DNA of 64,000 nucleotides from Smithellaceae bacterium (GTDB taxonomy: Bacteria; Desulfobacterota; Syntrophia; Syntrophales; Smithellaceae). Positions 26,998-38,143 of the stretch are shown here, in pieces (positions within the stretch are counted from its first letter, which is position 1; every line of letters starts with the position of its first letter). The translations under genes were made by a program, and so were the position numbers. The stretch spans positions 2,304,001 to 2,368,000 of the forward strand of contig CAXXVL010000002.1 in the NCBI GenBank assembly GCA_963667845.2, read 5' to 3'. Under the pieces are notes generated by a model that saw only the letters and a program-made list of their open reading frames with translations, did not search any database and was not told the origin of the DNA.

Positions 26998-29900
26998 TTA
27001 AATGTCCTCCTCCCCGGGCTCGGGTTCTTTTTTCAGCGGACACGCTTTGTTCTTAAAGAACTCATAGTACAAAAGAGGAACGGCAATGAGCGTGAGCGCC
27101 GTCGAGGCCACGGCTCCGAACATCATGGCGATGGCCAGTCCCTCGAAGATGGGATCAAACAACATGACGAAAGATCCGACAACGACCGCCGCCGCGGTGA
27201 GCACGATCGGCCGGAAACGGACAGCCCCCGCCCGGATGAGCGCCTGACGCAGGTCTCCCGTGTCGCGCCATTCCATCTGGATAAAATCGACAAGGAGGAT
27301 GGAATTGCGCACAACGATGCCTGCAAGGGCGATGAATCCGATCATCGAGGTTGCCGTGAAAAAGGCGCCGAAAATCCAGTGGCCGGGCAGTATCCCGACG
27401 AGGGTCAGCGGAATCGGGGCCATGATGACGAGCGGCGTAACAAAGCTTTTAAACCAGGCCACGACCAGGATGTAAATGATAATGAGGACAACGGCAAACG
27501 CCAGACCCAGGTCCCGGAAGACTTCAAACGTGATGTGCCATTCGCCGTCCCACTTCATCGAATATTCATTTTCGAGCCAGGGCTGAGCCGTATAATACTG
27601 TTTGAGCTCGTAACCTTCTGCGAGTTTCAGCTTCTTGATATCTTCTTTCATCTTCAGAATGGCGTAGACGGGGCTTTCTTCCGTGCCCGCGACATCGCCC
27701 GTCACATAGGTGACCCTCTTCATATTCTTGTGATAAATCGTTTTGTCTTCAATCCCCTCACGGACCGAGATGAGCTCGGCGAGCGAAACGAGCCCTCCGC
27801 CAGACGTCGGAATGGTGAGCGATTGCAAAGCGGTCACATTCGACCGCGCGGCCTGCGGCATGCGCAGGAGGATTTCAACCGGTTCCTTCTCCCGTTCCAT
27901 ATGGGCGAGCCCGGCCGGGGCTCCGGCCAGTGCGACGCGCAGCGTTTTGGCGACGGCTTCAGTGCTGATGCCATTTTCGGCGGCTTTTTCCCGGTCGACA
28001 TCGAACGTCAGTTTGCGCTGATCGTCCTCCACAAACCAGTCCACGTCGACGACGCCGTCGGTTTTATCGAAAATATCGCGCACGGCTTTGGCGATTTCGA
28101 TCTGGCGCGACGTATCGGGGCCGTAAATCTCCGCAACCAGCGTGCTCAGGACCGGCGGCCCGGGGGGCAGTTCGGCAACTTTAATCCGGGCGCCGTAGCT
28201 CTCGGCGATTCGTTTCAGTTCCGGACGCAGACGTTTCGCGATATCATGGCTCTGCCCCTTGCGTTTGTCTTTGGATACGAAATTGACCTGGATATCGGCC
28301 ACGTTGCTTCCTGTGCGCAGGAAGTAATGACGGACGAGACCGTTGAAATTGTAAGGCGACGCTGTGCCCACATAGGTCTGATAATCCGTTACTTCCGGCA
28401 CCGTCTTCAGATATTCCGCGAGCTCCCGCGAAAGCGCCGCTGTTTCCTCCAGCGTCCGTCCTTCGGGCATGTCGATGATGACCTGCAACTCGCTCTTGTT
28501 ATCGAAGGGCAGCATCTTCATCGTGACTTGCTTAAGGGGTACAAGGACGAAAGCCAGCAAAAGGAGAGCGAGAATCACCGAAAAAGCGATGACTCTCTTT
28601 TTCCTTACATCGACCAGAGGGCCGAGGGCTTTTTCATAGAAGCCGGCCAGTCCCCGCTTACCGCCTTCCTCTTCCGGTTTGTGATGGACGTTTTTCAAAA
28701 CAATGTAGGCGAGCCAGGGGCTGACGATGAAAGCGACCAAAAGCGAAAAAACCATGGCTGCGGAAGCGCCGACCGGGATCGGCCGCATGTAGGGTCCCAT
28801 GAGCCCGGAGACGAAGGCCATGGGCAAGAGGGCGGCAATCACCGTGAAGGTGGCGAGGATCGTGGGGTTGCCGACTTCGTCCACGGCATAGACCGCCGTC
28901 AGCGGTTCGATCCTGTGCATCCGGAAATGGCGGTTGATGTTTTCGACGACGACAATTGCGTCGTCAACCAGGATGCCGATGGAAAAGATAAGAGCAAACA
29001 GCGTCACGCGGTTCAGCGTATAGCCGTAAAGATAGGTCGTCAAAAGCGTCAGCGCCAGCGTCACGGGAACCGCGACGGCGACGACAATGGATTCGCGCCA
29101 GCCTAAGAATACGGCAATCAGGACAATCACGGACAGGGTGGCCAAAAGCATGTGAAACAGGAGTTCGTCCGACTTATCCTTGGCTGTCTCCCCATAGTTG
29201 CGGGTCACGGTTGCCTGGATGTCCTTCGGGAGCAGGCTGCCTCTCAGCGCATCGACTTTACGGAATGCCTCCTCGGCGACAACGCTGGCGTTGGCTCCTT
29301 TCTGCTTGGAGAGAGCAATCGTCACAGCCTCATACTGCGAGGCGGGGCTGCCGGCAAGTCCCTTTGCTGCCGCCTGCGGACCCAGTCCCATGAAAACATA
29401 GTTTGCCGCTTCTTCCGGTCCGTCGCTTACCTGCGCGACGTCCTTCAGGTAAACGGGGCGGCCGTTAAAAACATGGACCACCAGATCAGCCACATCCCGT
29501 GCGCTTTTCAGGAAACTGCCCGTTTCCACGATCATCTCGCGGTTGCCCGAGGGAAAGGTGCCGGAAGGGACAGCCACGTTGGCCTTCGCGAGTGTGTTCA
29601 TGATCTGAAAGGCCGATAATCGGAAGGCCCGCAGGCGCTGCGGATCCAGCGTGATCCGGACCTGGCGGCGCTGCCCGCCGATGATGGAAGTTTCCGAAAC
29701 ATTTGCATTTTTCTTCAGCTCCGTGCAAAGGCCGGTCGCCACCCGCCTAAGCTCATATCCGGTGTACTGGGGATTGGGGCTCCACAGCGTAAGCGACAGG
29801 ATGGGGACGTCATCAATGGATTTGGGTTTCACCAGCGGTTGAGAAACGCCGGGCGGAATGAGATCATAGTGCGACATCAGCTTGTTGTAAAGCTTTACCA

Positions 29901-30231
29901 GGCTGTCTTCCATCTTTTCGCCGACGTAGAAACGAACGATGGTAACGTTGAACCCCGGCTTAATAATGGAATAGACGTATTCGACCCCTTTGATCTCGGA
30001 GAGGAATCTCTCCATAGGGAACGTTACACGTTCTTCCACTTCTTTGGGAGACGCCCCGGGATAGCTGACATAGACATCCACCATGGGAACCACAATCTGG
30101 GGTTCCTCTTCGCGGGGTGTGACCATGATGGCAAAGAGGCCCAGCAGAAGAGCCGCGGCGACCAGGAGCGGCGTCAGCTTCGATTTGATGAAGGCGCGGG
30201 CAATCTTCCCGGAGATTCCGATCCCTGTCAT
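26998..30231 (-). CDS. RND efflux permease (AcrB/CusA superfamily)
   Basis: [42 protein letters not shown] motifs. Confidence 0.95.
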   Translation of the reverse strand: MTGIGISGKIARAFIKSKLTPLLVAAALLLGLFAIMVTPREEEPQIVVPMVDVYVSYPGASPKEVEERVTFPMERFLSEIKGVEYVYSIIKPGFNVTIVRFYVGEKMEDSLVKLYNKLMSHYDLIPPGVSQPLVKPKSIDDVPILSLTLWSPNPQYTGYELRRVATGLCTELKKNANVSETSIIGGQRRQVRITLDPQRLRAFRLSAFQIMNTLAKANVAVPSGTFPSGNREMIVETGSFLKSARDVADLVVHVFNGRPVYLKDVAQVSDGPEEAANYVFMGLGPQAAAKGLAGSPASQYEAVTIALSKQKGANASVVAEEAFRKVDALRGSLLPKDIQATVTRNYGETAKDKSDELLFHMLLATLSVIVLIAVFLGWRESIVVAVAVPVTLALTLLTTYLYGYTLNRVTLFALIFSIGILVDDAIVVVENINRHFRMHRIEPLTAVYAVDEVGNPTILATFTVIAALLPMAFVSGLMGPYMRPIPVGASAAMVFSLLVAFIVSPWLAYIVLKNVHHKPEEEGGKRGLAGFYEKALGPLVDVRKKRVIAFSVILALLLLAFVLVPLKQVTMKMLPFDNKSELQVIIDMPEGRTLEETAALSRELAEYLKTVPEVTDYQTYVGTASPYNFNGLVRHYFLRTGSNVADIQVNFVSKDKRKGQSHDIAKRLRPELKRIAESYGARIKVAELPPGPPVLSTLVAEIYGPDTSRQIEIAKAVRDIFDKTDGVVDVDWFVEDDQRKLTFDVDREKAAENGISTEAVAKTLRVALAGAPAGLAHMEREKEPVEILLRMPQAARSNVTALQSLTIPTSGGGLVSLAELISVREGIEDKTIYHKNMKRVTYVTGDVAGTEESPVYAILKMKEDIKKLKLAEGYELKQYYTAQPWLENEYSMKWDGEWHITFEVFRDLGLAFAVVLIIIYILVVAWFKSFVTPLVIMAPIPLTLVGILPGHWIFGAFFTATSMIGFIALAGIVVRNSILLVDFIQMEWRDTGDLRQALIRAGAVRFRPIVLTAAAVVVGSFVMLFDPIFEGLAIAMMFGAVASTALTLIAVPLLYYEFFKNKACPLKKEPEPGEEDI

Positions 30232-31325
30232 TTTATTTGTGCTCCCGTGATGATGCCGCCGTCGATGACGCGTTCGGTCCCCGCCGTAACAATCCGGTCA
30301 CCGGGCCCGAGACCCGACAGGATTTCCGTGTAACCGGCGGACGAAACGCCTGCTCGAACAATCCGGTAGGTAACGATCCCCTGCGGGTCGACGGCGTAGA
30401 CACCCGTCAGCTGTCCTTTTTGAACAATAGCCCGGTCGGGGACTCCGATAACGTTTCGTTTGCCGACGGGTATTTTAAGACGGGCAAAGAGCCCGCTGCG
30501 CGGACGAAAATCCTTAAGCCCCACTTTGATGATAAAGGTCCGGGACTGCGGATCAACGGCGGGCAGTACTTCCCGGACAGTCCCGGAAATGGGCTTGTCG
30601 AATGTTTCAATTACGGCTTCCACGTCCATGCCGGTTTTTACTTTGGTTCCCATGCCGGCATCAATCGATGCTTCGATATAGGAATTTCCTCCGCCTTCAA
30701 TGACCAGAAGCGGCATGCCGGGGCTGGCCATACTGCCCACGTCGATACGCTTCTCGGTGATGCGTCCCGCGGCGGGCGCGGTGACCCGGGTAAAAGACTG
30801 GTAGGCCTTGGCCTCGTCCGTCATTGCCTTCGCCCGCTCATAGTCGGCCGCCGCCACATTTTTTTGGGTTTCTATCTGATCCATTTCCTGGCGGGTCAGG
30901 GCTTTGGCCTCATAGAGATTCTTGTATCGCTGCCAGGTTCTGTCGGAAAGTTCCGTATTTTGTTTGGCCGATTCCATCGCCATCCGGGCGGCGCGCACGC
31001 GCTCGGCGGCGTCGCGGTCATCAATGGTCAGGAGCAGTTGTCCGGCCTTGACGGAATCTCCTTCCCGGACCAGGAGGGAAGTGACGGCTCCCATCGCCCG
31101 GCTCGCGACAAGGCTCGTGCGATCGGACCGGACGGTTCCCGTGGTTTCGTAGACGCTGTCCACCGGCTGCGGGGCAACAACAGCAAGGGTGACGCCTGCG
31201 ATTTCCGGGCGCTTGACCGTTGACTTTTCCGGCTGACCCTTGCATCCCGGGGTCAGGCAAGCAAGCAGGAGTAGTGCCGTAATTATCCCCAGGGCCGTCA
31301 CGATGCGGCATCTTTGTTCATTCAT
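30228..31325 (-). CDS. RND periplasmic adaptor (membrane fusion protein)
   Basis: V.EGD.VK.GQLL..ID, AP..G.I, P.VDP.SRTF motifs. Confidence 0.92.
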   Translation of the reverse strand: MNEQRCRIVTALGIITALLLLACLTPGCKGQPEKSTVKRPEIAGVTLAVVAPQPVDSVYETTGTVRSDRTSLVASRAMGAVTSLLVREGDSVKAGQLLLTIDDRDAAERVRAARMAMESAKQNTELSDRTWQRYKNLYEAKALTRQEMDQIETQKNVAAADYERAKAMTDEAKAYQSFTRVTAPAAGRITEKRIDVGSMASPGMPLLVIEGGGNSYIEASIDAGMGTKVKTGMDVEAVIETFDKPISGTVREVLPAVDPQSRTFIIKVGLKDFRPRSGLFARLKIPVGKRNVIGVPDRAIVQKGQLTGVYAVDPQGIVTYRIVRAGVSSAGYTEILSGLGPGDRIVTAGTERVIDGGIITGAQIK

Positions 31326-31337
31326 AGCGTATCTCCA

Positions 31338-32735
31338 TCAAGGCGTTTCACTCTCCAGTTTCAAGTCTTTTAACAGGGTTCCGCTTTCAAAACTCAGCGT
31401 TGCCAGCGCCGTTTGATAAGCGTTTCGCCGCTCCACCAGACCGGTTCTGGCCTGCTCCAGGCTCGATTGCGCGGCGAGCAGATCGGCAAGCGAGGAGAAG
31501 CCGTTTTCGTACCGCATGTTCAGGAGGCGCGTTCCTTCCTCAGCCGTCTTTAGAGTCTCGTCGGCAAGGTCAATATTCTTGCGAGCCTCTTCGACATTCA
31601 GATAAGCTTCATAAATCCTGTAGGATACCCCTTTTTTCATGGCGGCGGTTTGCTCCCGCGCCCCACTCGCCAGGTGTTTGGCTTTCGCACGTTCATATTC
31701 GCGCTTCGTGCCGTCGAACAGATCCCAGCGCAGAAAGGCCATGACCTGCCAGTTGGTTCCCTCGGAGCCCAGGGGGAGGTTATGGTCGTTCATCTGATAG
31801 GTTCCTCCGATGCCGACATAGGGGAAGTACCCGGCTTCAGCGATCTTGATATTCTCGGCGGCATTATCGCTGCGCAGCTGGGCCGCCCGGACATCGCTCC
31901 TGGAATCAGCGGCGGCCAGATAGACGGGCAGATCGTTTAAAGAAAAATTGATTCCGCCGTCTTCCACGTCAATCGATTCCGTTGTTGCCAGAAGCAGGCC
32001 CAGACCGCGCTTGGCGAGGCGGAGATTCTTGTCCGCGATATTTTTCTTCTGGCGCGCCTCCATGAGGGCGGTTTGCGCACGCAGTGTGTCCGCATACTGG
32101 CCGATCTCATTTTGATAGCGCAAATCCGCCACCCGCTTATGTTCGCGGGCGTCCTCCACACCCTGTTCGACAGCCCGTTCATATTCCTTGAGGCTCGTGA
32201 TCGCGAGACAGGCCTTGATGACCTGAAACGCGATTTCCTCCTTTTTTCTAAGCAATTCGTCTTTCATCGCCCGGGCTTCCGTTTTCGACATTCCTAATCC
32301 GACAAAGGCCTTTTGCACAAAAAGAGGCTGTTCCAGTGTCAGCGAGGATTGGAAATCGTTGATGGGATCGGGATGGTTCAAGCGTTCCGGATCGAAATCC
32401 TGAGCGGTAATGCGCTCCTGGTTGAGCCTGGACATAAACGCATAACCGGGGTTGGTGGTCCGGAGGTAGCGTTCTTCCACGTAGAGTTTCGGTAAAAGAT
32501 GGCTGCGGGCGATGCCGATTTCTTTCTCCTTGGCCGAGGCGTAGCTTTGCCCGGCTTTGATTTCATGGTTATCGGCCAGAGCAGCGCGCACGGCGTCGCT
32601 GACGCTCATCCGTCTCTCCGGTATCTTCATCTGAGCCCCGGCCGGAGGGATTGCCGGAAGAAGAAAAAGTAAGCCGGCAATGAGTGCTGGCAGGACAGTC
32701 TTTGAGAGTAATATGATGCTCAATGGCGATCGCAT
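31338..32735 (-). CDS. TolC family outer membrane efflux protein
   Basis: Signal peptide, two OEP repeats (A...LP, W.LFDG, RYENG......DLL.AQ). Confidence 0.92.
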   Translation of the reverse strand: MRSPLSIILLSKTVLPALIAGLLFLLPAIPPAGAQMKIPERRMSVSDAVRAALADNHEIKAGQSYASAKEKEIGIARSHLLPKLYVEERYLRTTNPGYAFMSRLNQERITAQDFDPERLNHPDPINDFQSSLTLEQPLFVQKAFVGLGMSKTEARAMKDELLRKKEEIAFQVIKACLAITSLKEYERAVEQGVEDAREHKRVADLRYQNEIGQYADTLRAQTALMEARQKKNIADKNLRLAKRGLGLLLATTESIDVEDGGINFSLNDLPVYLAAADSRSDVRAAQLRSDNAAENIKIAEAGYFPYVGIGGTYQMNDHNLPLGSEGTNWQVMAFLRWDLFDGTKREYERAKAKHLASGAREQTAAMKKGVSYRIYEAYLNVEEARKNIDLADETLKTAEEGTRLLNMRYENGFSSLADLLAAQSSLEQARTGLVERRNAYQTALATLSFESGTLLKDLKLESETP

Positions 32736-32768
32736 ATCCGGTCTCCGCGTGAAAAAATTAAGTAAGTA

Positions 32769-32963
32769 TCAGCACCTGCGGGCAATACCCAGTTTTTCAA
32801 GGATGTTTTCCATCAGGCACCACTTTGTGAAGGCCGACTGCAAGAGATTGGCGCCGACAAAAGCGGTAAAGAGCAGCCATGCGGGATGATGGAAATAACC
32901 CAGGGCGACGGAGATCAGCACAAATGCGCCCGCAATGGCCCGAATCCAGTCTTCCATTTTCAT
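32769..32963 (-). CDS. DUF2892 (YgaP-like) membrane protein
   Basis: FVGANLLQSAFT.WC motif; ATG at 32963 behind GGGAGG. Confidence 0.88.
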   Translation of the reverse strand: MKMEDWIRAIAGAFVLISVALGYFHHPAWLLFTAFVGANLLQSAFTKWCLMENILEKLGIARRC

Positions 32964-33007
32964 CGGTTTGTCCCTCCCGTGATCACGTAATTTGATACCT
33001 TCAGTCC

Positions 33008-33023
33008 TTATCAATTATGATAA
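33008..33023. promoter_or_regulatory. palindromic operator candidate upstream of the DUF2892-TolC-RND operon
   Basis: TTATCA-ATTA-TGATAA, overlapping a possible minus-strand -10 (TATCAT). Confidence 0.45.
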
Positions 33024-33349
33024 TATTGAATTTCCCTGTGTCTACTGAAGGGTGAGGAAATTATTGTGTTTTAATACGGCGATTTTGTGTGCGTGGGCAT
33101 CCCATTTCCCTTCCCCATTCCCGCGTGTAGACCGTGTCGCAATTGCGAATTGCCATAAAAGCCTCCTCCTGCTCAGGCCGGCGTCCGGTGTAAGAAATAT
33201 AAAGGTGCGCGGTCGCGTCGCAGCCGCATCCCGTTGCTTTGAAGCATTCTCAAAAAATCATTTGAAGCACGCGGGAATTTCGAGTACATTCAGACAGCGT
33301 TTGTTGATCTGCAGGCAGTTAAACCCTTTTACACGTGAGGAGTAAAATC

Positions 33350-33943
33350 ATGATCAGCTTCAGAATTTTTTCCGATTACATTTGACCCTTCTGCTATATC
33401 GGCAAGGGTCTTGTCGATCAATTGAAAAAGGAATATCCGATTGAGGACCATTGGGTAAGCTACGAGCTGCATCCGGAAACACCGCCCGGGGGCATGCTGC
33501 TTGCCGAGAGATTCAAGGGCCGCGACCTTACGCCGTTTTATGAACAGCTTAACAACCGGGGCAAAGAACTGAACATCGTGTTTAATACCCACGATCTGCT
33601 TTCCAACTCGCGGCTGGCGCTCCTGGCTTCCGAGTATGCCCGCGACGCGGGTGCGTATGAGGCGTTTCATGAAAACATGTTTCACGCCTATTTCACCGAA
33701 GGTTTGGATATCGGCAGCATGGATGTGATTGCCGCAGTTGCGGCAAAAAGCGGTATGGATGGGAAAGAAATTCTTGCCGCCGCCAGCGCTGGCCGCTACG
33801 AATCACGGCTCGATGATGCGAGAAGGGAAGGGGAGTCGCTCGGCCTCACCGGTATCCCCTTGTTTATCGTGAATAATAAATACAAAATCGTCGGCGCCCA
33901 GCCTCTCAACGTCTTCCGCGAGTTTCTTGCCAAGGTGAAGTGA
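33350..33943 (+). CDS. DsbA/FrnE-like oxidoreductase, predicted selenoprotein (U-P-F-C, UGA at 33383..33385)
   Basis: SD GAGGAG plus ATG at 33350; MISFRIFSDYI-U-PFCYIG matches the family D..CP.CYIG motif; ELHP and G.P..F....I.GAQP follow. Confidence 0.92.
33398..33418 (+). promoter_or_regulatory. bacterial SECIS-like element of the DsbA-like gene
   Basis: AUCGGCAAG/CUUGUCGAU 9-bp stem with one GU pair; loop GGU starting 22 nt after the UGA. Confidence 0.85.
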
Positions 33944-33974
33944 AACTCCGCAGGCAGCTTCGTCTAAAATAGTT
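33773..33974 (+). repeat. 202-bp direct repeat, copy 1 (3' end of the DsbA-like gene plus 31 nt downstream)
   Basis: Matches 36003..36204 with 10 mismatches. Confidence 0.95.
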
Positions 33975-34152
33975 ATTGGACTGCGATCCTCCTTTCCGGC
34001 AGCTTGTCCAGGCGTCGCTTCTCTGATGCATGATTGTGCGTGGGAACGTAAACCGGATAACCGGTAAAATTGTCAGGGTATCTTTTTTGAGACTCGGGGA
34101 AAGGTTATTGGAATTATGGGAGATCCCTCATCGTCTGCCGGGGGTGCGTGAT

Positions 34153-35892
34153 TCAGGTGATTTCAACCGTGCCGGTCACTACGCGGTTTTTTCCGGCGCG
34201 CTTCGCCTCATACAGAGCCCGGTCCGCTTCCCCGAGAAGGTCTTCCGGATTTTTCCATTCTTCCGGCACGGCGGAGGCAACGCCCATGCTGATGGTTATT
34301 TTCCGGGGATACGGGTCGCCGCCGTTTTCTGCAGCTTCGCTGATTTCCTTTCTGATTTTTTCCGCAATACTGAAGGCGCCCGCGGCGTCCGTATTGGGCA
34401 AAAGCAGGATAAATTCCTCGCCGCCATAGCGAACGGCGAGATCTCCGGTCCGCCTCGTATTTCGTTCCAATACCCGGGCGATGTGCCGCAGGCACTGGTC
34501 TCCTGTTTTATGACCGAATGAATCATTGTAGTGTTTGAAGTTGTCAACGTCGGACATGACGAGCGACAGCGGAGACCGCAGTCTGCGGCAGCGGTTCCAC
34601 TCAGCGTTGAGCGCTTCGTCGAACCTTCTCCTGTTTGCGAGCTTCGTGAGCGGATCAGTTGCCGCGAGAATATGATCGGAGGTATTTTGCCTGATGAGAG
34701 CAACCGATAAGAAGAGCAGGGTGACCAGGAAGGACAGCGGAATCAGCCATTCTCCATAGGGGGGATAGGGCAGCATGCCGTTGATCCGGAAGAAATCGTA
34801 TACGGAAACGCAGTGCGCGACGACCCACCCGACAGCGAAATATCCTGCGTTTCCGAGCCCTTTGCGCCAGAAATAGAAAGCAAGACCAATGGAAAAAACG
34901 GGATTCACAACGATCAGGATCAGAGAGCATACAGTGACCAATGGGCTCTGTACTAGAGCGAGCACGACGAACACAAGGCTTAGATATTGGAAAGCCATCA
35001 TGATCCGGTCATGAAATTTCGAATGATCCTTCAGGGCAAGGAATGAGCGGAAGAACTTTGCTCCGCTGAAATAGAGTCCGCCGATAAATAAAACCTGCAA
35101 AATGCCGCTTATGGGAACCATTTCGTCGGGTAAGATCAGGCGCAGAAAACCGCCCCTCACCGCCATATGCAGGCCGAAAAAAATGCTGTACAGGCATAAC
35201 CAGAAACTGGTTTCCCGATGCAGGAAGGACCTCGTGCTCATGAAATAAATCAGGACCAGCGCAAGAAATCCAAACAGGGCTCCGTAGATCGAATAATCAC
35301 GGATGGCTTTGCGGGAAATTTCCTGATCCGACAGGATCCGCAGGGGAAGGGTCATTCCCGATGTTGATTGCGCCCGCAGATAGACCGTCATGGTCTCGTT
35401 CGGTCCGATGGTGAGGGGAAACAGGAAATGACGGTCGGGCACAACACTCTCAGAAGCAGGAACGGTGCTTCCCGCATGCATTGCATCATATTCGCCGCGT
35501 GAGTTTTCCAGATACACGAAGATGGAATTCATTACCGGATATTCGAAGGAAATATAGAAATTCTGTGGCATCTCCATCCGGTTGGCCAGTGAGAAGCGGA
35601 GCCATACGGCCGATCGGGTGAAGCCGAGGTTAGGTATTCGCGAAGAGACTGTCGGGGTCCAACCGGTTCGATCGGCGACTTGCTGTATAGTCAGTCCTGC
35701 GCTCTGATCGATAAAGATTTCCAGATATCCCGATAAATCATAAGAGGGGTTGTTCTTGAGGATCAGTGCGGTGCCGGGAGCTGCCTGTGCGACATTCAAT
35801 GCCAGCACGAGCCATATCAACTGCAGCAAAATCCACTTGGCGGGCGACCTCAAGATCCATCTTGATGGGTTCATTGTTTTCTTAGCGGGCAT
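34153..35892 (-). CDS. 7TMR-DISM sensor diguanylate cyclase
   Basis: Signal peptide, LGFT.SAVWLRF extracellular domain, multiple TM segments, DPLT.L.NRR, D.D.FK.YND.FGH..GD, RYGGEEF. Confidence 0.93.
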   Translation of the reverse strand: MPAKKTMNPSRWILRSPAKWILLQLIWLVLALNVAQAAPGTALILKNNPSYDLSGYLEIFIDQSAGLTIQQVADRTGWTPTVSSRIPNLGFTRSAVWLRFSLANRMEMPQNFYISFEYPVMNSIFVYLENSRGEYDAMHAGSTVPASESVVPDRHFLFPLTIGPNETMTVYLRAQSTSGMTLPLRILSDQEISRKAIRDYSIYGALFGFLALVLIYFMSTRSFLHRETSFWLCLYSIFFGLHMAVRGGFLRLILPDEMVPISGILQVLFIGGLYFSGAKFFRSFLALKDHSKFHDRIMMAFQYLSLVFVVLALVQSPLVTVCSLILIVVNPVFSIGLAFYFWRKGLGNAGYFAVGWVVAHCVSVYDFFRINGMLPYPPYGEWLIPLSFLVTLLFLSVALIRQNTSDHILAATDPLTKLANRRRFDEALNAEWNRCRRLRSPLSLVMSDVDNFKHYNDSFGHKTGDQCLRHIARVLERNTRRTGDLAVRYGGEEFILLLPNTDAAGAFSIAEKIRKEISEAAENGGDPYPRKITISMGVASAVPEEWKNPEDLLGEADRALYEAKRAGKNRVVTGTVEIT

Positions 35893-36002
35893 CTGATAAA
35901 AAGTAGCTGTCTTTTTGCTGATCTATAAGGAACTCATGGTTCCCTGTCAAGGAAATTCTGGGCAAATGATTACGATGATGTACGTGAAAACAGAAGGATA
36001 GG

Positions 36003-36204
36003 CTTGCCGCCGCCAGCGCTGGCCGCTACGAATCACGGCTCGATGATGCGAGAAGGGAAGGGGAGTCGCTCGGCCTCACCGGCATCCCCCTGTTTATCGT
36101 AAACAACAAATACAAGATCACCGGCGCCCAGCCGCTCAATGTCTTCCGCGAGTTTCTTGCCAAGGTGAAGTGAAACTCCGCAGGCAGCTTCGTCTAAAAT
36201 AGTT
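36003..36204 (+). repeat. 202-bp direct repeat, copy 2 (orphan 3' fragment of the DsbA-like gene)
   Basis: Matches 33773..33974; includes the stop codon of the convergent MBL gene. Confidence 0.95.
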
Positions 36205-37282
36205 TTTTGACTTTGATCTCGTTGCTGTTTGCCGGCAGGCTGATCAGCATTCCGTCGACGCCTATGGTTATGGGGCCTCGGTAATATTTTTTTGCATCGC
36301 CCAGGAATACGTGATGCAGGATAAAAGAAGAGGGCAGCGGCGGAAGGATATGGTAGAGCATTAAATACTTGACTCCCGCTTCTCGGGCGATTTTCGCGGC
36401 ATCTTCAGGAGTGGAGTGATAACCGGGGATATCAGCGGTTATCTTGCCCATCCGCGCATTGGAAGACGCCCGGTATTCTTCATTCATCATCTTCAATATA
36501 GAAGCCTGGCTGGCTTCATGGAGCAGCATGTCGGCGCCCCGCGAATGTCTTATCAACGATTCGGAATAGGCCGTGTCCCCGCTCACCACCAGTGACCTTC
36601 CGTGGTAGTCAAAACGGTATCCCACGGCAGGGACCACCGGCTTGTGATCCACCTTAAACGCGGTAATCCGGACACCGTCTTTATCCATCACGACAACGGA
36701 AGCATCTTTTTCGGCGGACAATTTAAAGGGTCGGGCCCTCCCGCCTGCACCCGATGCCGGGAAAAGGTTATCGCTGTGATGTTTGGCCCGATAGCCGGCA
36801 TCCTGTTGAAAGGCCAGATTGAATCCGCGAACGACAGATTCCACGCCTTCCGGCCCGATCACATCCACCGGTTGATCATGGAGATCGTTGGCCCAGCGCT
36901 GCAGCATGATATTTCCCAGGCCCGCGATATGGTCCGAGTGAAAATGCGTGAGCAGGACCGCCTCGATTTTGCCCGCCGGGAGGCCGGAAAGTATAATATT
37001 TCTGACGCTGCCGTCACCGGCATCGACAATGTAAAGGTGTTTTCCCGCGATGACGGCGATGCACGGTTCCACCCGTTCCATATCCGGGAGCGGTGTGCCC
37101 GTTCCGCAAAGAACGGCATAGAGTCCGTCGTGAAATGAGAGATGTTGCCGGGCAATCTTTTGCCGGACAACCTGTATGGTTATGGCCGTAAAGATGGGTT
37201 TCGAGAAAATCAGAACGCTCAAGAGCAGAATGACGACAAGCGAAATGGTAGCGATCGTTTTTTTATATTTGAAAATATTCAC
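36194..37282 (-). CDS. MBL-fold metallo-hydrolase (RNase Z/AtsA-like)
   Basis: LCGTG.P, THFHSDHI, V.H.PV.PAVGYR, SGDT, HEA, H...E.A. Confidence 0.9.
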   Translation of the reverse strand: MNIFKYKKTIATISLVVILLLSVLIFSKPIFTAITIQVVRQKIARQHLSFHDGLYAVLCGTGTPLPDMERVEPCIAVIAGKHLYIVDAGDGSVRNIILSGLPAGKIEAVLLTHFHSDHIAGLGNIMLQRWANDLHDQPVDVIGPEGVESVVRGFNLAFQQDAGYRAKHHSDNLFPASGAGGRARPFKLSAEKDASVVVMDKDGVRITAFKVDHKPVVPAVGYRFDYHGRSLVVSGDTAYSESLIRHSRGADMLLHEASQASILKMMNEEYRASSNARMGKITADIPGYHSTPEDAAKIAREAGVKYLMLYHILPPLPSSFILHHVFLGDAKKYYRGPITIGVDGMLISLPANSNEIKVKKLF

Positions 37283-37303
37283 AAAACATCAACCCTCCCG
37301 AAT

Positions 37304-38143
37304 TCATTTTCCTTTTCTCTTTTCCAATAGGCCCATCATCTTTTGGGCGACTTCGGCTCCGGCATTTTGATTCTGGCCGGTGACGATGGTTCCGTCGATG
37401 ACGACGTGGTTGGCAAAGACGTCCCGAAAAGCGGTCTTGCTTTCAAACAAAGCGCCGGCGGCTCGAAGTTCCCTTTCCGGATGTTGGGGGGTAATGGTGA
37501 TGTCCAGTTCCCGCACCTGCTTGTCCGTTACTGCAGTCATCCGCCGACTCTTGACCAGAGGGTTGCCGTTTTTATCTTTGGCCTTCAGAAATCCCAGTGC
37601 TCCGTGACAGACGCTGCCCAGGATAACGTCCGCGGCATAGGCTTCACTTATCTTTTTGCCCAGGGCGTCCGAAGGGCCCAGATCATAGGCCGCGCCCCAG
37701 CCACCCGCCAGATAGATGATGTCGTAGCCCCTGAAATCAATTGTGTCGATCTTTAAAGAACCGGAGGTCTTCGCTTTGAAACCGCCATCTGCCAGGAAGC
37801 GTTTGTCCGCGGAGGTCGCGAGCGGCCACCTGAGGGATAGCGGTTCAATGGGGATATCTCCTCCCTGGATACTGGCCACATCAACGGCCATCCCCGCATC
37901 GAGGAACTCATAATAAGGTACGGTCATCTCGGAGGCGTAAACGCCGGTCTTCTTTCCGGTGTCACCCAATACGCCGTGGCTGGTGGTAATGATCAACGCT
38001 TTTTTGCCGGTAAGAGCGAACTTCTGTCCGTTGTAGTGCGGGTGCAGCCCGATCAAATTTAGCAGTAACGGCAGAAAAAAATAGACGACAAGCACAAGCG
38101 CAATGCATGAAGCGATAATAATCAATAATCCTTTTTTGTTCAT
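37304..38143 (-). CDS. DJ-1/PfpI (type 1 glutamine amidotransferase-like) protein
   Basis: TG...SE...PYY.F, AGGWGA..D, SVCHG nucleophile elbow, TGQN. Confidence 0.88.
   Translation of the reverse strand: MNKKGLLIIIASCIALVLVVYFFLPLLLNLIGLHPHYNGQKFALTGKKALIITTSHGVLGDTGKKTGVYASEMTVPYYEFLDAGMAVDVASIQGGDIPIEPLSLRWPLATSADKRFLADGGFKAKTSGSLKIDTIDFRGYDIIYLAGGWGAAYDLGPSDALGKKISEAYAADVILGSVCHGALGFLKAKDKNGNPLVKSRRMTAVTDKQVRELDITITPQHPERELRAAGALFESKTAFRDVFANHVVIDGTIVTGQNQNAGAEVAQKMMGLLEKRKGK

Noticed and set aside
32735..32771. DUF2892 stop (Cys-UGA) is in frame with tolC, suggesting a Sec readthrough fusion
   Set aside because: The downstream sequence is U-rich with no SECIS-like stem, and tolC has its own SD and signal peptide.
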